Translations under genes and position numbers: made by a program | The notes under the pieces: generated by a model | What the model was told of the DNA's origin: nothing | Database searches by the model: none | The model's input: the letters and a program-made list of their open reading frames with translations, nothing else | Part shown: in pieces, positions 13,601 through 25,200 of the stretch | Layout of the letters: each line of letters starts with the position of its first letter | How positions within the stretch are numbered: the first letter of the stretch is position 1 | Source of the DNA: Antedon mediterranea | Lineage: Eukaryota > Animalia > Echinodermata | Length of the DNA stretch: 64,000 bases | Reading direction: 5' to 3' | Assembly (NCBI RefSeq): GCF_964355755.1 | Contig: NC_092679.1 | Coordinates: 2,138,201-2,202,200, forward strand

Positions 13601-14596
13601 ACGTTTAACGACACAACCAATCGTAGCGCCTCTATTTGTACAGTACCTACATGCCTAAATAACAAATCAATGATTTATTATGATATCTAAAGTGTGGTTC
13701 CCACTAGCGACGCAACACAAGGACGTAACGCAACGCAAGTGAATTGACCAATCACAAGCGATGGCTTATTCGCTTGTGATTGCTGACTGTCTATAACTTC
13801 GCTTGTCATTGGTTAAAACGCTTGCGTTGCGTTTACGTCCTTGCGTTACGTTCTAGTGGGAACCAAGCTTAAGAAACTATTCAATAAGGAACTACCTGAG
13901 AATTAGAAATACTAGAGTCCATTAAATATAGGAAGGAACAGAATTAGAGGATGAACTAGAAGACAGCAACATGAGATTGACTCTATGGTCAACGGTCCAG
14001 TTTTCGGACAGTAGCAATAATGACGGGGCTAAAACAGCTGGCTAATTTTGTAAAGAGGGGAAGGTTCCCTAGGTCATGTTTTGAGCTTTGATTACTATTG
14101 GAATTGACCATCCGATGTAGCAATCGTTAATTAAATTGTTTCTCACTAGTAATTGATGTGTACAATGTATAACTTACAAGCCTTTTAGCTCTTCTAAATT
14201 CCTGAATTATATCGTCAGGTAGAAAGCCTTCGATACCTTGCCTTCCTCTACCTCTTTGAGATAGTCCACTGGCAAATAGCTATAATTTGAAATGAAAACA
14301 AAATATAATTATGTAATTTAGCATTTCACATTATTAATTTTTTACCATGCTCACTAATTTGAGAAAAAAGAAAATTTGAAAATAATTACCAAGCAATAAT
14401 GATGAATTGTAATACCACTTGCACGATCTTTTAACAGCCTACCAACTTTCAACTCATCATCATTGTTATTGTGGCAGTACAAACAATTACCACCGTCGGG
14501 TACTCCTGCTTGCCTTAACCGTTCAAGGCTCTTCTTTGATGTCATGCTAGGATCTTTCTTCTTGGTTACACTTTCAGTTTCTTCCCTGCCAGCCAT
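7654..14596 (-). CDS. G2E3/PHF7-family PHD/RING zinc-finger protein lacking a HECT domain, about 1484 aa, 7 coding exons
   Basis: Exons 14596-14390, 14279-14178, 13654-13530, 12916-12748, 12613-12396, 11505-11384, 11165-7654; all GT-AG, total 4455 nt in frame. Motifs HHYCLLFASGLSQRG..GIEGFLPDDI, CRYCTNRGATIGCVVKRCPMTFHFHCG, CPIC..TPCCNSTWLHRECVQ, FFRCPVCNN..GIYIPEQDASWE, CDLCGSQGCHVKC match G2E3/PHF7. Probable non-coding exon 1 with a donor near 15087. Confidence 0.88.
11869..12372. mobile_element. Tc1/mariner-pogo-type MITE
   Basis: TA-CAGTAGAACCT..TTTTACGT / ACGTAAAA..AGGTTCTACTG-TA, with subterminal CGTAAAA repeats. Confidence 0.75.
12993..13367. mobile_element. Non-autonomous TIR element, superfamily uncertain (possibly ISL2EU-like)
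   Basis: Imperfect ~75-bp inverted repeats starting with the perfect pair GCATATAGAGTATCA / TGATACTCTATATGC; exact ends uncertain. Confidence 0.65.
13379..13509. mobile_element. MITE family B
   Basis: Same TIR, TTA TSD. Confidence 0.8.
13691..13869 (+). mobile_element. Harbinger-type MITE family A, intronic
   Basis: Near-identical 179-bp copy, TAA TSD. Confidence 0.85.
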
Positions 14597-15099
14597 TGTT
14601 TGATTATTATTAAATTATTAATGTCTGAAAGATGAAGATCATTATTTTAAGTTTTACTTATTAAGTTATTTTAGTACTTTTTAAACGCAAATTTTTATTA
14701 TAAAGAACATGCACTAGTAGGCCTACTAACTAGCCTAGCTAGTAGAGGCTAGGCTAGGAGGCCTAGCCTATCTGATCCTGCCTCACTTTACAAGGGCATA
14801 TGAAATCTTTGGGATCAGGCCTAGTTCGCCTAACCCTGGGCTTGGCCCTAGCTATAACTTACAATCGATCGAGCGTTCGTTAATTTTTTACGGCTAGGCC
14901 CAGCCTCCCTAGCTAGTACAGTACGTAGTAGGCAACCCGGCTGCCCTACTAGAGTACTACGCGCGCCTCCTTCAATTCTGCAACATTTAAATTCACAAGC
15001 CTAGGCTAGTTACTAGTAGGCCCTAGCCTTATAGCCCTACTACTAGGCTAGGCCTAGCTAGAGGCCTACATTACTTTCTTTACTTACACAATAATGGGA

Positions 15100-15559
15100 T
15101 ATCCCAATAATGTTCATATCATATTCACTGAATTCAATTTATAGTATTTATTTTCTATGAAAATCTTTCCTTTTCACTGCAAAATACATGCAACGGTTTT
15201 TTAAAAATCATATTTTTAATTTGATTTGAAGCTTCGACATTTTACCGCCGGTTACGTGACGTAACAAATTGTTGATCAATTTTGATGACGTTTTACACAA
15301 AAAAAAAACATGGTTGAACAATGCCGCCCTCTTAACATAAAATTATTACATTAGTCTCAAAATTGAATCGCAGCCACTCGGAAGTAAATCGAATTTACGT
15401 AAACGATACACATCACCAAAAATGACGTATCCGTCTCTATCACGGAGACTACGTACAATAGTCCAGTTGGCAATGTAATCGTCGAAGTGATCAGTTTTTT
15501 CCTGTACATAATGAAAGGAAATTGTATTATATTTTACTTTAAATAAACGTTTTAGTAAC
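15100..15559. promoter_or_regulatory. Probable bidirectional promoter shared by the G2E3/PHF7-like gene and TRIP11
   Basis: The divergent first exons are under 500 bp apart. The interval has a bZIP-type near-palindrome GTTACGTGACGTAAC (~15251-15265) and an ETS core CGGAAGT (~15379). Confidence 0.55.
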
Positions 15560-16170
15560 ATGGATTGGTTTGGAGATAATATAAAGAATCTAACAGGTTC
15601 TGTAAGTGGGCAATTGAGCAGTGTTGCTAGCTTCACAAGGGATGTTTTGACAGAGGGAACTGAAGAAGTCAGTGGTGAGTTTGAGACCAAAATAAACAGT
15701 TGGTTTAGGCTAATAGGGAGGGTACAGTACATTGATGACCGAGTCAAGAAGGGGGGTGTAGGCGGACCTATATATAACTAGGCCTAGCTAGGCCTAGCTC
15801 TAGGTCTATCATAAATTATTAATAAGAATATATATTATTAATTATTTATAATTTAAAAATTCGGCCTACTATTATACAAACAAATAAATATCTTACCACT
15901 AGGCCTAGCAAGCCTATTATAGGCTAGCTAGATAGAGGTCCTATTTATTAAAACAAAATTTACAGAACTGATTTATCTTTTTTTTTCTGTACAGATCAAG
16001 GTGCAGAACTGAAAGTTTTTCAAGATAAAATACGAGAATTGGATGCATTAGTGATAGCCCAAAAGCAAGAAGTAAGTGTGAATAAGTATAACAAATAGTC
16101 AATACTGTTTTGATAATCAATACTTTAATCAGCCATTATTGAAGCTGTGTGTAGTAAAACATTATTTAAA

Positions 16171-16201
<31 letters not shown>

Positions 16202-19200
16202 TTTGAATGCTTCCTTTCTACTATAGAATGAAAGACTGAATTTAATCAATAGAGAACTTGAAGAGAAGGCAGAATCATCGGAACTACAAATTAACACAAT
16301 ATCTCAGCAGTACAGAAATGTCCTGCATGAAAAACAAGTTTGTATAATGCTTATTATTATTTCTAAAGCAACTAAGCAATAAATATGAGTATTTGAATAA
16401 ATTTAAATAATGCATGTAGGCCTATAGTATTGTATTACTGTCTCCTGTCATTGTTTCCATCAATGTCATCTTTATAGCATTGTTGCAATCTTTACATTGT
16501 AGTAGTTATTGTTGTAGTCATCGTTAACTTTATTCATTGATAGCACATGATATCATCAGTTAATATGCACTATTTATATTCTTTCGCTTTGCTGTAAAGG
16601 ATGAACTAAAAGAGCTAAAGCAGAGACAACATGAAATGGAGAATTTCCATTCAATGATGACAATGTCACCAACAATGACAACTAGTACTTCCACAAGTTC
16701 TTTATCTGGATCTAAGATTCCTGATAGTCATGACTTTGACGATGTCATCTCCTCTCAACATGAGATCAACCGTCTGTCCAAAGAGGTTACAAGACTGCAG
16801 GCAGAATGTGACAAGATGAGACGACTACATGGTGCTCATTCAGAAAAAGTTAGTAATTCAATTTTCTACATGTTTACTTGGTCTATTGGTACTGTGTACT
16901 TGTCTATTGGTACTTTGTACTTGGTCTATTGGTACTGTGTGTTGTGAAATTAACAATAGATTGTGATTGCATTTCAGTCTAATTTTAAAATTGGCGGTGA
17001 CGATGAAAACACAAGTATAGATGAATTTAGTTTACATGATCGAATAAAGGTAAGCCTGCTGTGGTTTTAAACTAACATTGTATATAACCGTAAATACGGT
17101 TTTTATTGTATGTATTAGTAATGTTAGTGAAATACTTGATATACAATATCCAAGCTACTATGCACATTTTACTGTACTCAATCCATATAGGCCAGAATGT
17201 TATTTTTATTTTATGATGTTTTTTGCAGGAACTTGAAAATCAATTAGAAAAAGAAGTAGACAACCATCAACATGAACTGTCAATTCTACAAGACGCCCAC
17301 ATACAAAAACAATCAAATATTAAACGGCAACATAAATTAGAACTAAAAGACCTTCAGGATAGATTAGATCTTTTACAAGACGAAGGATCATCATCAGGGG
17401 GTAGCACGCCACACTCGTCACCGATTCACTCACCCTCCAGTCCGTCAAGTATAATGGACGTTGATCGGTTACAGAGTGAATTACGAGAATCTCAACATTC
17501 CTTGCAGAAATTACGGAAAGATAGACAACATTTAGAAGAGTCGAATAAACGGCTAAAAGTTGATCTTGAACAAACAAGACTGGTTGAAAAGGAGAAAGCA
17601 AGAACGTTGCAAGTTCTTAATAGACAATTAGAAGCCATACAAACAGAGAAAAATGCTTTGTTTAATGATAATGAGCAGTTCCGAAAAGAAAAGAAGGATT
17701 TGAGGGAGAAATTGAACACTTTACAAACGGAAAATGCAAATATAAAGGGAGATAAAAGAAAACTTGAACAGTCTGCAGAGAGTAAAGAACAAGAAATGCA
17801 GTTGGTTAACAGTAAGCTTCATACGCTTCAAGATAAGGTCAAAGGTCAGAAAAAGCTTGAAATATTATAATGAGGTTACATTGAATAGTGTATTGTACTT
17901 TAGCTCTAAGATGCTTCATGCACTATTAATTGGAATTTTGCTGTTGCTGAAAAACATACAGAATGTGGTGATTGGTTGATCACTCACTGTACAATAGTTA
18001 AGTGTGAACATTTCTAACAAAGACAAATATTCACACTTTTAATAAAACAAAGAGATAAGTACGATAGTGTTATACAAATCTAACAAATATTTAAACTGAT
18101 TGTGTCTCTTCTTTTTACTAGTTCAAGAAGATGAATTGGATGAGCTACGTGGAGATAATGATAAGGTGCGAGAAGACTTGTACACTACTAAACAAAGATT
18201 ATTGGCTGCACTGGATGCTAGTCATGTACAGTTTGCTTATTTGCTTGCTTTATATGAAGCAAGCAGCATGGTCTCTGCAGAAGTAGAAATAGCATCGACC
18301 TTTAACCTCATTCATGTAACCTCTGACCTGCCAGTAACCTTTAACCTCTTTAAACCATTTTCTTTATTGACTTTTCTAACCTTATACCATGGATTAACTT
18401 TTATACTATCTTTATATTATTATATATAACTTTAAATTGCAAGTCAACAAAATTTCTTTTTTGAACTGAAAATCTAGGCATGTGTTATTTACAGTATTTA
18501 ATGGGAAATTATATTTTTTTTAATGAAGAAAATTGTTTATAAAAATTGCATGTAATGTCTTTTGTTGGGTAAAATAAAAAATATTAATGTTATTTTATCA
18601 ACATACCAAATTACCTTGCAAATTATTTCTTTTATCTGATTGTGCTTTGACAAACCTTATTAGACAGGATCACATGATGCCTACACTGATCATTGATTGG
18701 TAATTAAAATATCATGTGATGTCTATACTTGTCATTGATTGGTAAATACTAGTTCTTATCTGCAGTTGAAAATGCTGCCTGTGCTAAACACCTTATTTAA
18801 ACTTTTCTTTGCTTGTTGATTTATGTAAATTAAATATGATTAAAGTTTATTTAAAATATTTATCATAATATCAATATTCTATCTGATTGCCGTGATAATA
18901 TTTAGCTTGCAGAATGCGCATCTTCCATACTATAATTTTAGTTAAACATGCCTGCATGTAATGATGACACATTATTAACATTAGCATGATTTTTTAATAC
19001 TTAATATACCATCAACCGGTTTTTACACTACCATAGCATTATCTACATTAACATAATTTTGCATAGCATTAATTTCTACAGATAACTATGCAACCTACGA
19101 ATAATAAAATAAAACCATTAAAACTGCAAATTAACAATATTAAACATTTCCAAATTGTTTAATATTTTAAATCCAAATTGTTGATTGATTGTTAAAACTC

Positions 19201-22200
19201 CAACACAATCTTCGTCAGCTTAAAAATAGTAGGCATATTTTAAATCTTTTTCCTTTTTTTTAAATCTGTCTATAACCCATGTTCTAATGTATTGATATTT
19301 TTCAGGTTAGTACAAGTACAATGAGACAAGAGCTGAGACATGCTAGAAATAAATTTAGTAGTAACGCCATGATTAGGCGTACAAAACTACTGAGAGAAAA
19401 ACAAGTCATCGTTAATAAGATGATAGACATTGGGGAGCAGGTATGCAGCAGTGACTGACAACACAGACCGCAGATAAATTAATATATGTCTCAGTAATAA
19501 TGTGTATCGCACATCATAATAAAAGCATAATAAATAAATCTTATTGGATTTCAAATATAAACAGTATTAAAAGAAAATAATATTCATAAATATAATCAAT
19601 AATAGTACACAAACTAAGATTTAAAAAAATATTCTATTTGATAGAAAGATTTCTGTTCTCCAACGAGATTTGAACCTATGATCTCTCACACACAAGACCA
19701 GAGTCTTGACCACTAGACCACAGAAAATGTTATAGGTTAATTCATAACGGTATACAAATTAAGATAACAAAATAATCTATTTGAAAGAAACATCTCTGTT
19801 CTCCAACAAGATTTGAACCTATGATCTCTCGCATACAAGACCAGAGTCTTGACCACTAGACCACAGAAAATGTTGATGCTTTAATAGGTTGATTCATAAG
19901 AGTATACAAATTAAGATAAAAAAATAATCTATTTGAAAGAAAGATCTCTGTTCTCCAACGAGATTTGAACCTATGATCTCTCGCATACAAGACCAGAGTC
20001 TTAACCACTAGACCACAGAAAATGTTGATGCTTTAATAGGTTGATTCATAACAGTATACAAATTAAGATAAAAAAATAATCTATTTGAAAGAAAGATCTC
20101 TGTTCTCCAACAAGATTTGAACCTATGATCTCTCGCATACAAGACCAGAGTCTTAACCACTAGACCACAGAAAATGTTGATGCTTTAATAGGTTAATTCA
20201 CTTCCATGAAAAATTGACGAACAAAGCAAAGCAAAATACATAAAATGAAATTACAAATGAGAATTTAGAATACTAAAATAAAGTCTTTTTTTCTTCAGGT
20301 ATCTGAAAGTAAGAGTGCTGTTGCTAGCCTCCATGCAGCCAGTTCTCAGATGAAATCTGAAACATCTGGAATGATAGGAGATCTTGGTGACACCGAAATG
20401 CAAGATCTTACTTCTGAACTTGTGGACACTCTGGAAGTAGAGAACCAGTTGCTACGCGAACAGGTTGTAAAACTAGAAAACGAAGTGTCGGATCTTAACC
20501 AGTCGTGTTCATCCCTTGCTGGGGATAAGAAGGAATGTGAAAATCTGATTGTTCAACTTAAACAGAATCTTCATAGAGATGAGTTGTTCAATTCTCAAGC
20601 TGGACTGGACAGTGAAACCGAAAGTGTTGCTAGGCCGCCTCTTGAGGAACATGTTGTGCAGCACATACAGTATAAACGCCCCAGATCTCCTTCCGACTCA
20701 AGCACAGAAACTGGAGAGTCTGCCAAGACTGGCGTCGAAACCATGGATGCTAGTAGCGATGGAGAGCGTAGATTGGTGGAAGGGTCAGATTCTATTAGCT
20801 TTGATGGAGAGTATGATGATTCCATCATGTTCACTTCTATGAAACAAAGGTATTACAGATATCTCTAATGTACTAAAGTACATTTTAAATTAAAACAACT
20901 TTTTTTAATTGACTGTATACTTAATTTTGTTTGTTATCTTTATCAATATAGATTTCCAGAAGCTGCCCATGTCATTCAACAACAAATTGAACAGTTTGAA
21001 ATGTTTCAAGCTGATTGGACGATGGAGAAACAAGCTCTGGAGGATGTTGTTGTCCATATGAGAGCACAGATGAAAGAGAAAGATATGCAGATGAAGCAGA
21101 ACATCACTGCTCAAGAGGTGAGAAGTTACAGAGTTTTCACAAAATTGCAATTTTTTCCAATAAGTGTCTTTATGGCACTGCTCAACGTTATCTTCATGAA
21201 CTTATTAAACCATATGTCCCGCTACACAGAGGTCTTCATTCTGAATTTTACACATGCATAAAAATTGGGTTTCTGGTTTTGTTTTTATGGCACTGCTCAA
21301 AAACACATGCATATAAATTGGGTTTCTGGTTTTGTTTTTCAGGGGCTACTCCAAGTTGAAAACGAAAAGCAAGACAAACTACAAGAACAAATGAGCCAAC
21401 TTAAAACTGAACTTTCAGCATTAGAAGACAAATATACTAGCTTACAATCAGAAAATGAAAGTTTGCAAGAAACTCAGGTAAACAAAATTGTACAAGAAAT
21501 ATTTTAATTTAGTTGTATTAACCTTTCTAAAATTATGTTAAGTTTTTTTTTTTAAATTACACTAATCACTAAAGCATGATGCGCATGTACATGATGTATA
21601 ACCTATAGAATAAATTAGTCCATATCTGCTGTACTGTATAACCAGTTAAATTACGTTTGTGACAAAATTACCTTTAATTTAATTGCAAACAAGTTTGTGT
21701 TTTTCTTTTACAGAATATTTCTAAGGAGCAGTCTAAGGAACTATCTCTGAGCTTTAGCGAACAAACTGAAATAATTGATAATTTAGAAGAAGAAAATATG
21801 AAAATGACTACTCAACTAAAAGAGTATTTAAGCAATATTGAAAGCCTGCAAACAGAAATTAAGAAACATAAAGTAGAAAATGAAAAAGATAAACAACAGT
21901 TAGTTGAAATCACTCGGGAAAGAATTGATCAGCAAAAGGCTATTGAGGAGCTGGACCAGCAACATCAAGATGCAATCTCGCAAGTTGTTTTAGCAAGAGA
22001 TGATCTTGCAAAACAAGTCGAAAATCTCACTTCAGAAATGTTTACTGCAAAAAAACAGTTGGGAGAAGCTAATCAAAGAACAAACACAAACGAAAATCAA
22101 ATAAAAGAAATTGAAGATTTAACTAACAAATTAAGCGAAGAAAGGATTAAACAACAGCATTTGGAGGAAGAATGTGCAAATAAAACCAGCGAATTAGCCT

Positions 22201-25200
22201 CACTTCAACAAGAACTTCAGGAACAAAAGGTCTTGTCTATTGAAACTGAGAGTTCTAAGAAAATCATGGAAGAAACAACTAGAAATCTTCAAGAAAAAAT
22301 ATTCCAACTAAAAGAAGAGAGAAAAAACGAAAAAGAATCTGAGGACAGACTTGACAAATTAAATGAGGAATTGTCTAAACTACACAAAGAATTGAGTGAA
22401 AGAGTGGAAATGGTATCTGATAAAGAAAAAGAAATTTCGTTTCTTAATGATAAGATAGAAGCACTTGATGCTGAACTTGTAGAGATTGTTCAAGAGAAAG
22501 ATAGGCTAAATGTCTCATTAGTAGAAAGTGGAGATAAACTTCAAAGTCTCTCTACATCAAAAGATGATCTCCAAAAAGTTGTTTCTAATCTTGAGATGGA
22601 CCTTGAAATCACTCAAACTGAAAATGAAACATTGAAAAGTGATCTGCTCAACAAATCTAAACAATTTGAAGTTGCAATGAATGAAATTTCTGAAAGTAAA
22701 GACGGAACTGATGCTGGAGAAGTTGAAAAACATCATCTTGTACAATCGAAGTATCAGAAAGAAACTAAGGTTGAAGAGTTAGAAAATCAATTAGCAGAAA
22801 TGTCACAAGATCTTCAAGAAACGAACGATATGCTGACATCTACTCTTGAAAACAACAAGAAATTATCGGATGTACTTAAAGAAAAAGAAGAGGACATTAA
22901 GAGTTTGGCTGGAGAAAATTTATTTCTTCAAAATACTGTCGAAAAACAGAAAACAAAGTTGACAGAAGGCGTAAGTGTGAAAGAACAGAAGCAACAGTTA
23001 GAAGAGATTGTAGAGAAGTATGAAGAAGAAAAGAAGATGTTGAATACTGAACTTCTTGAAGCTCAAAGAAAATTACAAGCAACTCCCGAACGTGAAATTA
23101 GAGAAAATCAAACATTGGGAATTATTACAGAATTAGAATCTGAAGTTGAAACATTGCGAATTGAAGTAAAGGTTAAGAATTCTGAATTGTTAAAAATTCA
23201 AAATGAAATGATGGGTGCAAAAGAGCAATTTGAAGGACAACAAGATAGTTTGAATGACTCAAGACAGATGGCAGAAGATCTTAAAGAACTATTACAAGAG
23301 AAAGAAAAAGAATTTATTGAAATGAATGAACAACTAAATTCAAGAAATCAAATTCTGGATTCCTTTGAAGAAGATGGCAGCCTGAATAACTCAATTGTAT
23401 TAGAAAAAGAGGCAGAAATAAATGGATTACAGAAGAAACTTCAACAACTAACACAAGACATTGATGTTTACAAAGAAACATTATTGAAGAAAGAAGAAGA
23501 AAGAAATGAGTTATTAAACCAAGTTGATGAAGCAGCCAGGGATCTTGCAAATAAAGACCAAATTTTAGATAATACTAAAGATGAATTTGAAAATCAAATT
23601 GTAACGATGGAATCAATTTTAACAACCTCAACTGAAAAACTGGAAAACATATCAAGAGAACTGCAAATCAAAGACGATAACCTATCTCAAGTTAAATTCC
23701 GCATGGATAAACTTGTAAAGGAAAAGGACGATGACATCCAGAAGTTGATAGAAGAAAATGAGATTCTGAAAAGAGAGTTACAAGATAAACAAAAAGATAT
23801 CCTCGAGTTACAGACAACAGCCCATCTTCAAGTTATATCCAATGGAACCAAAGACCAATCAGGACTTAGTGACAATGAAAAACAATTTGAAAAGATCATC
23901 AAAGAAAGAGAAAGAGAGATTTCAGGCTTAAAAGAAAAAGTGTCAGTGCTAACTAATCTACTAGATGAGAAATCAAAATCAGTTATGGGTAACAGTGTAC
24001 TGGTTGATCTTCATAAAGCACAGATGCAAGTGAAGACATTTGAAGCAGAACGAAACCAGATGATGACGGTTTTAAATGAGAAGACAAGGGAGTGTAGTAA
24101 TTTAAAGAATGAAGTTCATAGACTTCTTAGAGTTGTTTCCACAGATAAAAATGCCTTAGATAAAGCTATGGAAGACAATCACAATATGGTAGAAAAAATG
24201 AAAGGACCAAATAATGACATGAGAAAAGAAGCTTTACAGAATTTATCTAGACTGGTTCAAGACAAAGATTTAGAAATTGAAGCGTTGAAATTAAAAAATG
24301 AATCTCTTTTACAAGTATTGCAAACACAGAATCCTGAAAAAACCAGCGATGTATCAAATCTTGTGATGGAAAATAGTAATTTGCAAAAGTCAAATACAGT
24401 GCTCATTGAAGAAAGAGATCAGCTAGTTGTCAGTATTCATCAGAAGCATCAAGAAAGTCTTGCATATTATGAAGAAGTACAAAGACTTGCTGGTATTATT
24501 TCAACAGAGAACCAAAATCACAGCAGCACTAAACTTCAGGTACAGGAATTAACAAAAGACTCTCAGCAAAAAGAATTGGAGTTATCAACAATTAAATTTG
24601 AACTTGAAGATAAAAACAATTTGGTCATACAACTTCAAGATGATCTAGAAAAACGTAGATTGTCGTTTTCTTCATTGGAAAACGATTTCAGTAATTTAAA
24701 TGGCAGTTACTTGGAAATTGAGAATGTTAAGAAAGATCTCGAATCAAAGCTTTCTGCATCTCTTTTTGAATCAGAAAATCAAAGTATAATCTCAAGTGCT
24801 CTTAAAGAAAAAGAAATAGAGATTATTGAACTCAGAAAAGTAGTAGATGAACTTAATAAAAGTTTAGCTCAAGGAAATAATGTTGTAGAAAATGTTGACC
24901 AATTAGATAGTGCTTCTCCTCCGATTAATGTAACCTCAAGTTTACCTCTTGAAACCAATTCTGTTGATGCAGCTGAACTTAAAGCAAAAGAAGAGGAAAT
25001 AGAATCCTTAAAAGAGAAACTAGAAGACATGACAAATATGCAGGAAATTATCAAATGTTTAGAAAATGAACTGAGTGAAGAAAAAGTATATTTACAAGAT
25101 TTGAATGTAAAATTTAAAGAAAAAACTCATGATATTAAGAAGAAATCTGATGATATAGCAATGTTGAAAGAGCAAATTGATATTCAGAATCAGGCTTTAA

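Noticed and set aside
13955-14150. Possible ACTAG...CTAGT-bounded MITE
   Set aside because: The inverted repeats are too degenerate and there is no second copy in the window.
19633-20200. Functional tRNA gene cluster
   Set aside because: The anticodon stem does not pair; treated as SINE or pseudogene units.
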